A stretch of 32,000 nt of DNA from Halomicrobium mukohataei DSM 12286 (GTDB lineage: Archaea > Halobacteriota > Halobacteria > Halobacteriales > Haloarculaceae): positions 2,280,001 through 2,312,000 of the forward strand of contig NC_013202.1 of NCBI RefSeq assembly GCF_000023965.1, given 5' to 3'. The notes under the pieces are model-generated. The model was given only the letters and a program-made list of their open reading frames with translations, searched no databases and was not told the origin of the DNA. Shown piece after piece: positions 16,374-24,852 of this stretch; the stretch's first letter is position 1; every line of letters starts with the position of its first letter. A program made the translations under genes and the position numbers.

Positions 16374-16919
16374 TCACCGCGCGTCGACGACGCGGTCGGC
16401 GCTGTGCGCGAAGCTGTCGGCCAGTTGGTCGTCGAGCGCGTCGCCGGTGATCGTGTAGACGCCCCGGAGGGTCCGGTCGCGGGCCGCCGTGGTGACGTGA
16501 TCGAAGAAGCGACACACCCGATCCTGGTGGGCGTACATCGCCAGTACGTCGAGCGCGTCGAACAGGACCCAGCCGTGGCCGGCGTCGAGTGCGCCGAGAG
16601 CGCTCGTAAACCGCATACTGAGGCCGGTCAGGTCGTCCGGCACGATCGGCTCGCTCGTCCACAGCGGTCCGTCGTATTCGGGCTCGGAGCCGGTGACCGG
16701 CACCAGCCCGACCCTCTCGACGGCCAGCCCGCGCTCGCGAAGCCGGCGTTCGACGGTCGCCGGTGGCGTCGACGAGACGAACACGACGTTGTCCGTGACG
16801 CCCCGCGGCAACAGCGAGAGCGACCGCTGCATCGACGGCATCGAGACCAGCGCTTGCGTTCCGGGCTCGACGCGCAGACGACGGTCGTCGAGTCCCTGTG
16901 TGTCGTTTTCGCTTCGCAC
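16374..16919 (-). CDS. Conserved-looking hypothetical protein with a KaiC/RecA-like layout but no P-loop
   Basis: The alternating strand/helix pattern (NVVFVSS..., VGLVPVTG, GWVLFDALDVLAMY, RGVYTITG) resembles KaiC-like proteins. No GxxxxGK[ST] is present. Confidence 0.55.
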   Translation of the reverse strand: MRSENDTQGLDDRRLRVEPGTQALVSMPSMQRSLSLLPRGVTDNVVFVSSTPPATVERRLRERGLAVERVGLVPVTGSEPEYDGPLWTSEPIVPDDLTGLSMRFTSALGALDAGHGWVLFDALDVLAMYAHQDRVCRFFDHVTTAARDRTLRGVYTITGDALDDQLADSFAHSADRVVDAR

Positions 16920-17087
16920 GTCGTGTCACCACCGACCGCACCGCCGGCACAGGCACTTCGCCTGCACCACCCCGAGGAGACCCAGTCCTCGTTCCTAACC
17001 CGAAGTCGGTACCGACGCTTAAGTGTATTCCGCTCAGCGGGAGTCTGGCCCCCAACGATATCTGTTGTCCGAGCCGTACACTGGTGT

Positions 17088-17762
17088 ATGCCGTCGACAG
17101 TCGTACACATGGCGGTCGCGGGCCTCATCGGAGCGGCGCTGCTCGGGACGGCGTTCGATCGACGGTCGGTGCTGATCCTCTTCGGGGCGATGATCGCCGC
17201 GGATCTGGACTCGTTCGTCGGTCTGGTCTCGGTCGTGGGCCACCGGACGGCGTTTCACACGCTCCTGGTGCCGATCACGGCGGCCGCCGTCCTGCTGGTC
17301 GATCTCCGCCGAGGCGAGGGGTCGTGGGTGCGGCGGCGCTGGGGTCCCCGAGGCGTGCGCATCACGTGGGTGACGATCGTCGCGTACGCCGGTGCGGCGA
17401 TCGGGCTGGATCTGTTCTCCGCCGGTGGAGCGAACCCGCTCTGGCCGCTCCACGACCAGTTCTACGTGATCGACGGGAAGATAGAACTCTCCAGTCGGCG
17501 GGGGATCGTCCAGACGTTCGTCGATCTCGGCTCCGAACGGGCCGGCGACGCGAGCAGTAGCGAGACGGTCGCTCGGGGCACGTCTCGGGATGTCAACGTG
17601 AGCACGGGCGTCGACCCGAACCCGGACGGCGGCGACACCGCCGAGCCGGTCGACCGCGTGTTCCCAGTCGTGCGGTCGGGGTGGCAACTCCTCCTGCTCG
17701 TCGTGGGAACGGCCGTCACCGCCGCGCGGTTCTACGTCGACCAGGCGGTGCCAGCGGAGTGA
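17088..17762 (+). CDS. Membrane-bound metal-dependent hydrolase (YdjM/DUF457-like)
   Basis: The start is at MPSTVVHMAVAGLIGAALLG (ATG 17088). ADLDSFVG...GHRTAFHTLLVP is characteristic of this family. A TATA-like cgatatc lies about 30 nt upstream. Confidence 0.7.
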   Translation: MPSTVVHMAVAGLIGAALLGTAFDRRSVLILFGAMIAADLDSFVGLVSVVGHRTAFHTLLVPITAAAVLLVDLRRGEGSWVRRRWGPRGVRITWVTIVAYAGAAIGLDLFSAGGANPLWPLHDQFYVIDGKIELSSRRGIVQTFVDLGSERAGDASSSETVARGTSRDVNVSTGVDPNPDGGDTAEPVDRVFPVVRSGWQLLLLVVGTAVTAARFYVDQAVPAE

Positions 17763-18971
17763 CTACTCGGGGTCCGGGACGGCGGCCGGCGTGTCGGGGA
17801 CGTGATCGACGCCGTCGACGAGGTCGCGCGCGCTGGCGGTGTCTTTCAGCCCGGTCCCGGTGACGACGAGCGTGGCGCTGTCTCCTGGGGCGACGGTCCC
17901 CGCATCGACCGCGGATTCGAGGCCAGCGAGCGTCGCGGCGCTCGCGGGCTCGGCGTAGATGCCCTCGGTCCGGCCCAGCGTGCGCTCGGCGTCAAGAATC
18001 TCCCGATCGGAGACGACGACGGTGGCTCCGCCGCTGTCTTCGAGCGCGCGACACGCCTTCTGTGCGTTGTGTGGGTGGCCCACGTCGATGCTGTCGGCCT
18101 GCGTCTCGCCGCCGGCCCGTGCCCGCTCGCCGGTAAAGCGGTCGTGGATGGCGGTTGCGCCCTCGGCCTGTACGCCCAGGAGGCGCGGACACTCCTCGAC
18201 GATGCCCAGCTCCGCGAACTCGCGGAACCCCTTCCAGGTCGCCGCCAGCCCACAGCCGTTGCCCATCGGATAGACGATCCAGTCGGGCACCGAGGCCCGG
18301 CTCTGCTCGGCCAGTTCGTGGCCGACGGTCCGGAGTCCCTCGACGGCGTAGGGGTTGACTGCGGCGCTGCAGTCGTACCACTCGCGGTTCGCTGCGACGC
18401 GGCGACACAGCGAGAAGGCGTCGTCGTAGTCGCCGTCGACGGCGTACACGTCGGCACCGTAGACGAGCGGCTGGACGGCCTTGCCCTCGGGCACGTCTGC
18501 CGGGACGAAGATACAGCAGTCCAGGCCCGTCCGGGCGGCGTACCCCGCCAGCGACGCCGCGGCGTTACCCGTCGACGCACAGGTCAGCACCGACTCGTCG
18601 CCGGCCAGTGCGCGACTCGTCAGGACGGCGCTGGCCCGGTCTTTGATCGATCCCGTCGGATTGCCACGCTCGTCTTTGAGCCGGACGGTGACGCCGAGTT
18701 CCCGCGAGAGCGTCGGCGCGTCGAGCAGCGGCGTCCCGCCCGCGCCGAGATCGACCGCGTGCCCGTCCGTCGGCAACAGGGGCGCGTACTTCCAGAGGTC
18801 GTCGATCCCCTCTCCGACGCCGGCCGCGACCGCCTCGCGAGCACCGGACTGGTCGTACTGCACGTCGAGGATGCCGCCGACCCCGTCGTGGTCCGGACAG
18901 ACGAGTCGCTCGTCTGCCGGGACGAACACGCGGCCACAGTCGATGCATTCGAGTGCGATAGTGGGGTTCAC
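17763..18971 (-). CDS. thrC: Threonine synthase
   Basis: The N-terminal CIDCG...CPDHDG is zinc-ribbon-like. NPTGSIKDRAS carries the PLP-binding Lys. Other motifs are ASTGNAAASLA and PMGNGCG. The proposed start is the GTG at 18971; the 60 upstream codons are Arg-rich and would overlap the divergent gene. Confidence 0.85.
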   Translation of the reverse strand: MNPTIALECIDCGRVFVPADERLVCPDHDGVGGILDVQYDQSGAREAVAAGVGEGIDDLWKYAPLLPTDGHAVDLGAGGTPLLDAPTLSRELGVTVRLKDERGNPTGSIKDRASAVLTSRALAGDESVLTCASTGNAAASLAGYAARTGLDCCIFVPADVPEGKAVQPLVYGADVYAVDGDYDDAFSLCRRVAANREWYDCSAAVNPYAVEGLRTVGHELAEQSRASVPDWIVYPMGNGCGLAATWKGFREFAELGIVEECPRLLGVQAEGATAIHDRFTGERARAGGETQADSIDVGHPHNAQKACRALEDSGGATVVVSDREILDAERTLGRTEGIYAEPASAATLAGLESAVDAGTVAPGDSATLVVTGTGLKDTASARDLVDGVDHVPDTPAAVPDPE

Positions 18972-19095
18972 GGTACCAGCGACGCTGAATCTGCGTTCGT
19001 GGTGTGGTTCCCTGCGACGCGTATATGCCTTCTGGGATTCCGCGGTCCCCGCCGCGTTCCGGACCGTTGATGTACCCCCTCGCACACGTCCCGGT

Positions 19096-19782
19096 ATGGG
19101 TCTCGCAGTGCGACGACGACTCGGGGTCGCCGACACCGTGACGCTGGTCAACGCCGTGATCGGGTTCGCCGCCGCGGTCGTCGCCTACAGCGATCCGGCG
19201 CTGGCGGCGCGACTGATCCTGCTGGCCGCGATCGCCGACGCGCTCGACGGGATCGTCGCCCGCTTCGCCGGGAACACGGAGGTCGGGCCGCTGCTGGATT
19301 CGATCACCGACGTGGTCTCGTTCGGTGCGACGCCGGCACTGTTCGTCCACGGCGTCGCCCGCGAGGCCTACGGCCCGCTGGGCGAGGCGGACACGCCGTT
19401 GCGCATCGGGCTCGTCGTCCTCGCGTCGTCGTTCGTCGTCTTCTCGGTCGTCCGAACCGCGTTCTACACGGTCTACGTCGACGAGGGCGAACAGCGGCCG
19501 GGCATCCAGAACACGCTGGCCGCGACGATTCTCGCGGCGGCCTATCTCGCTGGCGTCGCACCTGTGCCGGTGTTGCTGGCCGGAACGGTCGTCCTCTCGG
19601 CGCTCATGATCGCGCCGGTGGGCTACCCCAAGCTCCGCGCTCGGGACGCGCTGGTACTGGGACTCGTCCAGGCGGGCGCGATCGTCGATCCCGGTGCGTT
19701 CCAGCGGGTGTTCCCCCGCGTCCTGCTGGTCGCCGCCGTGGCGTACCTCGCGCTCGCACCCCGGTACTACTGGGGGGAGTGA
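19096..19782 (+). CDS. CDP-alcohol phosphatidyltransferase family protein (archaetidylserine-synthase-like)
   Basis: The start is at MGLAVRRRLGVADTVTL (ATG 19096). DALDGIVARFAGNTEVGPLLDSITDVVSFG matches the D-G-x2-A-R...G-x3-D-x3-D motif. The protein is multi-TM. Confidence 0.8.
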   Translation: MGLAVRRRLGVADTVTLVNAVIGFAAAVVAYSDPALAARLILLAAIADALDGIVARFAGNTEVGPLLDSITDVVSFGATPALFVHGVAREAYGPLGEADTPLRIGLVVLASSFVVFSVVRTAFYTVYVDEGEQRPGIQNTLAATILAAAYLAGVAPVPVLLAGTVVLSALMIAPVGYPKLRARDALVLGLVQAGAIVDPGAFQRVFPRVLLVAAVAYLALAPRYYWGE

Positions 19783-19843
19783 CGCCGTCGTTCGCACTGC
19801 GTCGGGCCGTCCGAGAGATCGATTCGAGGCAGTGATGGGGAAA

Positions 19844-19851
19844 GATTTTAC
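19844..19851 (+). promoter_or_regulatory. TATA-like box upstream of the micro-ORF
   Basis: gattttac is centred about 28 nt upstream of the ATG at 19876. Confidence 0.3.
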
Positions 19852-19875
19852 CGTCGGACATCGAACAGACGAGTG

Positions 19876-19944
19876 ATGTCGAAGAAAGCCGTACTTCTGG
19901 TTGCAGCAGTCGCCCTGGCCCTCGTCTACTTCGTCAAGAAGTAA
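19876..19944 (+). CDS. Candidate 22-aa single-TM micro-protein
   Basis: ATG...TAA encodes MSKKAVLLVAAVALALVYFVKK, a hydrophobic core flanked by Lys pairs. It sits in an otherwise empty 273-bp intergenic region, with a TATA-like box upstream and a hairpin plus T-tract downstream. Confidence 0.35.
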   Translation: MSKKAVLLVAAVALALVYFVKK

Positions 19945-19983
19945 CTGACGGGTGTCCGAATCGCACGTCAACCGTCGTCCCAT

Positions 19984-20019
19984 CCGGTCTCTGCTCCGAC
20001 CGGCGGGCGTTCCTTTTCC
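19984..20019 (+). terminator. Hairpin plus T-tract downstream of the micro-ORF
   Basis: ccggtc (19984-19989) pairs with gaccgg (19998-20003). tccttttcc follows at 20011-20019. Confidence 0.3.
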
Positions 20020-20055
20020 GAAGTCACTTACCCGGTCCAGGTCGTACCAGCGGAC

Positions 20056-20895
20056 ATGTACGGCGTCGTCACCAGGAACGAGGAGGAACTGTCGTGGTCC
20101 GAGTTCGACCGCGGATTCTACGAGGTCAAAGACGTGACCGGCCGTGCGGCCGAGCCGGTCGCCGACGCCGTGAACATGGTGTCGTGTTTCGGCGACAACG
20201 CCGCCGAGGAGTCACCGGAGCTGCTGCCGATCGACGACGAGGGCAACGAGGCGACGCGCGACCGCCCGTACTTCGACTGGTCGTACGTCTGTCCCACCCA
20301 CGATCGGTATCGTGAGGGGCTGCTGGAGCTGATCGGGGACGCCGCCGCCGAGAGCGAGGACCTGCGTCTGGACGACGTTGGCTTTCCGCGCGACGAGTAC
20401 TGCCACTGCGATCGCTGTGAGCGCCGCTTCGCAGAGAGCGAGTACGACGAGTGGGCCGAGTGGCGCGACAGCGTCATCACGTCGTTCGTCGCCGACGCCC
20501 GCGAGCGCGTCCCCGGCGACCTGTATCTCACGCTCTACCCCGATCCGTACCCCGGCCACCTCTCGCGGCGGGCCGGGATCGACGTAGCGGCGCTCGAAGC
20601 CTACGTCGACGAGTTCGTCGTCCCCGTCTACGATATGGCCTACACGACGACCTACTGGCTCGAAATCCTCGCCCAGGGGTTCGTCGACCGGCTCTCGACG
20701 CCGTTCAGTCTCGAACTGTACGCCGTCGACGTAGAGATCGACAACCTCCTGAAAGCGGCGGAGGTCGCCAGCGAGTACGGAGAGAGCGTGCTCTTTGGCT
20801 ACGACGCGAGCAACGCCCGGGCGACGCTCCGGCGGCTCGACGCCGACGAGCGCGACGGGAAGTCGTTCGGTCCGGACAGCTATAGTAGCCATTGA
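20056..20895 (+). CDS. Hypothetical acidic protein with a Cys cluster (possibly TIM-barrel, glycoside-hydrolase-like)
   Basis: This is a clean 279-aa ORF with haloarchaeal acidic composition. It contains YVCPTHDRY and DDVGFPRDEYCHCDRCERRF. I could not assign a family with confidence. Confidence 0.65.
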   Translation: MYGVVTRNEEELSWSEFDRGFYEVKDVTGRAAEPVADAVNMVSCFGDNAAEESPELLPIDDEGNEATRDRPYFDWSYVCPTHDRYREGLLELIGDAAAESEDLRLDDVGFPRDEYCHCDRCERRFAESEYDEWAEWRDSVITSFVADARERVPGDLYLTLYPDPYPGHLSRRAGIDVAALEAYVDEFVVPVYDMAYTTTYWLEILAQGFVDRLSTPFSLELYAVDVEIDNLLKAAEVASEYGESVLFGYDASNARATLRRLDADERDGKSFGPDSYSSH

Positions 20896-20904
20896 AAATC
20901 AATG

Positions 20905-20940
20905 CACACCCGATCGCACGACTGCAGTGCGACCGGTGTG
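20905..20940. terminator. Imperfect inverted repeat between convergent genes (candidate bidirectional terminator)
   Basis: cacacc/ggtgtg and tcgcac/gtgcga arms are separated by a small internal loop, with apical loop gactgca. The structure lies between the stops at 20895 and 20950. Confidence 0.3.
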
Positions 20941-20949
20941 TAAATCGTT

Positions 20950-21519
20950 TCAATTGTTACTATAGACGCGCGTCTCACGCCACTCGTGCAACTGCGCTCG
21001 GTCTCGCGTGTCCTCGGGCAACTCGTCGAACCACCCGGCGTCGGAGATCTCGCCGTCGGGGTCGTCGACGGTCAACTCCGTCTCCAGTGCGCGACCCTGG
21101 AACATCGGGAGGACGCCCCAGGTGTCGTACTCCTCACAGTGGAACTCGGCGCGTGCGAGAATCGCGAGCCCCTCGTCGGTCGCCTCGATGCCGGCCTCCT
21201 CGCGTAGCTCGCGGCTGGCGGCCTCGCGGAACGACTCCGTTCCGTCGACCTGCCCGCCCGGCAGCACCCACATATCTACGTCGTCGTGGCGGACGAGCAA
21301 CAGCTCTCCGGCGTCGTTCGTGACGACGGTGTGGACCCCGTAGGGCAGTCCGTTGTCGCGGGTCCGTTCGGCGACGGTCTTGAACCGCGGTCGCGAGACG
21401 TTTCGGTGTCGCGAGAAGGTGATGTAGTCCTCGTAGTTCGAGGCGAACTGGTGGCGGGTCTGCTCGGCCTGCTGGCGGGCCTGGTCTGCCAGGTACCACA
21501 GGTTGTCGACGGCCGTCAT
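20950..21519 (-). CDS. NUDIX hydrolase
   Basis: Nudix box: GGQVDGTESFREAASRELREEAGI. The start is at MTAVDNLWY (ATG 21519) or two codons upstream (21525). The longer ORF extension is Ser-rich and not acidic. Confidence 0.85.
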   Translation of the reverse strand: MTAVDNLWYLADQARQQAEQTRHQFASNYEDYITFSRHRNVSRPRFKTVAERTRDNGLPYGVHTVVTNDAGELLLVRHDDVDMWVLPGGQVDGTESFREAASRELREEAGIEATDEGLAILARAEFHCEEYDTWGVLPMFQGRALETELTVDDPDGEISDAGWFDELPEDTRDRAQLHEWRETRVYSNN

Positions 21520-21766
21520 ACCCATCTGTGACAGGGACGGCTGCGACAATCGTTCTCCGGTCCTGATCCACGTGTCCGAGTCCGGTCGGCCGCCGGCAGT
21601 GTCGACGGCGGGCACCGCGGGAACGGGTCCGTGGCCCGAGAGCGCCACGAACGACGACGAGTGGCGAACGCTATCATGCCCGCCAATAGAGCGGGTACTG
21701 TCATAAGTGTTCGAGGGCGAAGGGAAAATCAGTCCCTTTTTGCGGGCCGGTCGACTACGGCGAGGT

Positions 21767-21949
21767 ATGGCATTCGAAGAAGACGACACTGTCGTGTTGC
21801 ACGACAAGCACAGCGAGTACGACGGCGAGGAAGGGACGATCACGCAGGTCGTCGAGACGATGTTCGGTGACGCGAACTACACGATCTCGTTCGAGGACGG
21901 TCAGGAGCAGGGCATCCCCGAGGACTCGCTCGAAGCGGTCGAGGAGTAG
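21767..21949 (+). CDS. Small acidic protein (60 aa), SH3-like/DUF1918-like pattern
   Basis: The start is at MAFEEDDTVVLHDKHSEYDGEEGTITQV...YTISFEDGQEQGIPEDSLEAVEE. It ends 6 nt before the next gene, suggesting co-transcription. Confidence 0.6.
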   Translation: MAFEEDDTVVLHDKHSEYDGEEGTITQVVETMFGDANYTISFEDGQEQGIPEDSLEAVEE

Positions 21950-21955
21950 GCCGGG

Positions 21956-22381
21956 ATGTCGTCGGTCCCGTTTCACTACGTCGACCTGCGAGCGTTCGCC
22001 TACGCGACCGAAGACGAAAAGCGGGTCGCCGAGGCGCTACAGACCTATCTCCCCGAGGAGACCGAACTGGAGCGGGCCGAGTCGGAGGGCCACTACGGCG
22101 ACCGAATCGTCGTCCTCTCGGCGCGGGTCGAGAACGCGGACGACATCCGCCACGTCCTCACGCAGGTCGCGGCGGTCGACGACCTCGAAACGGTGCTCGA
22201 AGAGCTGGACGACCGCGTCGACGCCAACTGTTCGTTCTTCCTCACCTTCGACAAACAGGCGGCGTTCGGGAACAGCGTCGAGCGAGGCGACGGGATCACG
22301 CTCCGCGCGAAGGTCGAAGCCTACCCCGCCAAACGCGAGACAGCCATCGAGAACGCGCAGGACGCCCTCTCGGAGCTGTGA
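21956..22381 (+). CDS. Archaeal RNA-binding protein of the DUF54 (PF01877-like) family
   Basis: The sequence begins FHYVDLRAFAYATEDEKRVAEAL. Its size and its position immediately upstream of, and overlapping, the Rpp30 gene match the conserved archaeal arrangement. Confidence 0.75.
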   Translation: MSSVPFHYVDLRAFAYATEDEKRVAEALQTYLPEETELERAESEGHYGDRIVVLSARVENADDIRHVLTQVAAVDDLETVLEELDDRVDANCSFFLTFDKQAAFGNSVERGDGITLRAKVEAYPAKRETAIENAQDALSEL

Positions 22382-23073
22382 TGTACGCGGCCGTCCACGC
22401 CCGTCCGGACGGGCAGAGTACGGTCGCCAGGATGGCCCAGACGGCCAGCCGGTACGGCTACGACGGGATCGTCGTCAGGAACCACGGCGACTGCGCGGCG
22501 ACGTTCGACCCCGAAGAGATCGCCGACGAGTACGACGTGGCCGTCGTCGAGGGAATCGAGGTCCGGGCGTCTGATCCGTCCCGCGCCAGCGGCCTCGTCG
22601 GGAACCACCGGTCGTCCAAGACCATCGTCGCGGTCCACGGAGATTCCGTCGCGATCAATCGCTTCGCCGTCGAGCAGCCCGCCGTCGACGTCCTCGCCCA
22701 TCCGACGCGGGGCGACGGCGACGTGAACCACGTACTGGCGAAGGCCGCCGCCGACAACGGCGTTCGCCTCGAATTCTCGCTGCAGGACGTGCTCCACGAG
22801 ACCGGTGGGACGCGGGTCCGTCGCATCCAGTCGCTGCGGAAACTGCGCGAACTCGTCGAACACTACGACGTGCCCTACGTCGTCAGCGGGGACCCACACA
22901 GTCACCTCCAGCTCAGAGCGCCGCGGGACCTGATCGCGCTGGGCGAGACGATCGGCTTTTCGCCGGACCAGATCGAGACCGGACTCAGAGAGTGGGCCGA
23001 GCTGACCGAGCGGAACCGCCGTCGGCAGTCGGACGCGTTCGTCGAACCCGGTGTCTGGCTCGACGACGAGTGA
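22381..23073 (+). CDS. rnp3: Ribonuclease P protein component 3 (Rpp30)
   Basis: The ATG at 22381 overlaps the upstream stop (GTGATG; the GTG at 22378 is an alternative start). The N-terminus (YAAVHARPDG), GYDGIVVRNH, EGIEV, VDVLAHP and VVSGDPH have the spacing typical of Rpp30. Confidence 0.8.
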   Translation: MYAAVHARPDGQSTVARMAQTASRYGYDGIVVRNHGDCAATFDPEEIADEYDVAVVEGIEVRASDPSRASGLVGNHRSSKTIVAVHGDSVAINRFAVEQPAVDVLAHPTRGDGDVNHVLAKAAADNGVRLEFSLQDVLHETGGTRVRRIQSLRKLRELVEHYDVPYVVSGDPHSHLQLRAPRDLIALGETIGFSPDQIETGLREWAELTERNRRRQSDAFVEPGVWLDDE

Positions 23074-23246
23074 TCCGCCGGGCGTTGTCGGGATCTGTAG
23101 ACGGCGACCGCCCGTCCCAACGGGGTCGTACGACAGCAACTGAATAGATCGACACGCCGCCAGCCCTCCCGCTCTCGGACGGCGACGAGGATTGATACAG
23201 GGCCGTTGCGGTGGATTTATGATGTATGGTTGTTTTCCTAACACTC

Positions 23247-23669
23247 ATGGGGGAGACCGTAAAGTCGTTCGACGCGTACGTCCTCGCGGGCGTCGCAGCG
23301 GTGCTGGGTACAGGGTTCGTCGTCGGTGCGATGCTGGCGTTGCTGGGCGGTGCCGAGACGACGACAGCGATGGTACTGGCCGACTCGGTGCCGGTCGGGA
23401 CGGCGGTCGGCGTCCTGCTGTTGTTGACCACGGGCGCGTTCGTTTCGGGCCAGCGCTGGGCACGCTATCTCGGGTTCCTCGCGTTCGTCGCCGTCGTCCT
23501 GTTCGGGTTCCCGTCGCCGTCGAACCCGTCGGTGATCCCGGTGGTACACACGTCCCTGTCGGCGCTGGCAGCCGTGTCCCTCCTCTTCCGGAATCCGATC
23601 TCGAAGGCGGAGCGCTCGCAGGTCGACGAGTCCACGAGCGCGAGCAAAGTCGGCTCGACGATCCGGTGA
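23247..23669 (+). CDS. Integral membrane protein (4 TM), function unknown
   Basis: MGETVKSFDAYVLAGVAAVLG... has four hydrophobic helices. The TATA-like gatttatg lies about 30 nt upstream of the ATG at 23247, which I prefer over the Met at 23226. Confidence 0.6.
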   Translation: MGETVKSFDAYVLAGVAAVLGTGFVVGAMLALLGGAETTTAMVLADSVPVGTAVGVLLLLTTGAFVSGQRWARYLGFLAFVAVVLFGFPSPSNPSVIPVVHTSLSALAAVSLLFRNPISKAERSQVDESTSASKVGSTIR

Positions 23670-23734
23670 CGGCCGGGGCGTCCGGCGGGGCCGGATTTCG
23701 ACAGTGTATTTGGGCCTGCCGACCAACGACGCCC

Positions 23735-24367
23735 ATGAAACGATCGATCGACGAACACGCCGACCGATTCTCCGACCACGCCGCCGACTACGACGAGAGC
23801 CAGGACTCCGAGGAGTACCGCGAGTGTGCCGACCTCGTCGTTCGTCACGCCGCCCCGGCGGCCGACGACGTGGTGCTCGACCTCGGCACCGGAACCGGTG
23901 CGATCGCGCTCCCGCTGGCAGACGCGGCAGCCGAAGTCGTCGGCCGCGACATCAGCGAGGGCATGCTCGAACAGGCGCGGACGAAGGCCACGGAGCGTGG
24001 CATCGACAACGTCTCCTTCGGCGAAGGACGATTCCGTGAGCCCTCGGTCGACCGCGAGGTCGACGTCGTCACCTCGAACTTCGCGATGCACCACCTCGAC
24101 GACGAGGCAAAGCGCGAGGCGATCGACGCCATCGCGGCGCTCGAACCGCGCCGGTTCGTCCTCGGTGACGTGATGTTCTTCGACGAGCCCGACCCGTCGA
24201 TCCCCTTTTACGACCCGTCGGTCGACGATCCGGCCACCGTCGGCGTCCTCGCGGACGCGTTCACCGACGCCGGCTTCGCACTGACGGCCGTCGAGATGGT
24301 CCACGGACAGGTGGGGGTCCTCGTCGGCGAGCGAGTGCCCGACGCCGAGGCCGTCGACCAGTCCTGA
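23735..24367 (+). CDS. Class I SAM-dependent methyltransferase
   Basis: The start is at MKRSIDEHADRF (ATG 23735). Motif I is VVLDLGTGTGAIA. Also present are VVGRDISEGML and DVVTSNFAMHHL. Confidence 0.85.
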   Translation: MKRSIDEHADRFSDHAADYDESQDSEEYRECADLVVRHAAPAADDVVLDLGTGTGAIALPLADAAAEVVGRDISEGMLEQARTKATERGIDNVSFGEGRFREPSVDREVDVVTSNFAMHHLDDEAKREAIDAIAALEPRRFVLGDVMFFDEPDPSIPFYDPSVDDPATVGVLADAFTDAGFALTAVEMVHGQVGVLVGERVPDAEAVDQS

Positions 24368-24370
24368 CGG

Positions 24371-24850
24371 ATGAAACACCTCCCCAAACACCTACAGCCC
24401 CGGTGGCGCTACCTCGGGGTCGAGATCGAGAGCTGGCCCGACGCCGACTTCGGCCGCAGGACTCTCCAGCGGGAACTGTGGTACGCCGCCCAGAACCTCG
24501 TGGGCGACGCCGGCAGTGCCGACCTCGATCTCACCGTGCTCCGCTTCGCGTTCGAGGACGGCCTGGGGAGCGCGCTCGTCCGGACGCGGCGCGACCGGAC
24601 CGACAGCGCACGTGCCGTGATCGCCTCGCTGTCGACGATCGACGACGACCCGGTCGGCGTCCGGGTCCGTGGCACGAGTGGCACCGTCCGTGCGTGTGAG
24701 GAAAAATATATACGACGCGCATCGGAACCGTCCGAACAGAGACAGGTCGCGTTCGACGGCGACGAGCGGACCGCAGTCGTCCGTGACGGCCGTGTCGACG
24801 TTGCCACCGACGACGGATTTTCGGGCGCGACCGACCTCGATCTCCAGTAA
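24371..24850 (+). CDS. rnp2: Ribonuclease P protein component 2 (Pop5)
   Basis: MKHLPKHLQPRWRYLGVEIES is the characteristic Pop5 N-terminus. The gene lies directly upstream of psmA, as in other archaea. Confidence 0.85.
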   Translation: MKHLPKHLQPRWRYLGVEIESWPDADFGRRTLQRELWYAAQNLVGDAGSADLDLTVLRFAFEDGLGSALVRTRRDRTDSARAVIASLSTIDDDPVGVRVRGTSGTVRACEEKYIRRASEPSEQRQVAFDGDERTAVVRDGRVDVATDDGFSGATDLDLQ

Positions 24851-24852
24851 CT

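Noticed and set aside
18481-19983. 433-aa (+) and 472-aa (-) ORFs spanning the thrC / CDP-alcohol transferase region
   Set aside because: Only the C-terminal 228 aa of the plus-strand ORF (from 19096) look like a real membrane enzyme. The remainder and the minus-strand ORF are Arg/Ser/Pro-rich shadows of thrC.
21503-21766. 240-bp gap between the NUDIX gene and the small acidic protein gene, with a TTG-initiated 67-aa ORF (21503..21706 +)
   Set aside because: The ORF has a weak TTG start that overlaps the NUDIX start, no motif, and only weak TATA candidates. The region may just hold two divergent promoters. An unannotated sRNA cannot be excluded or supported from sequence alone.
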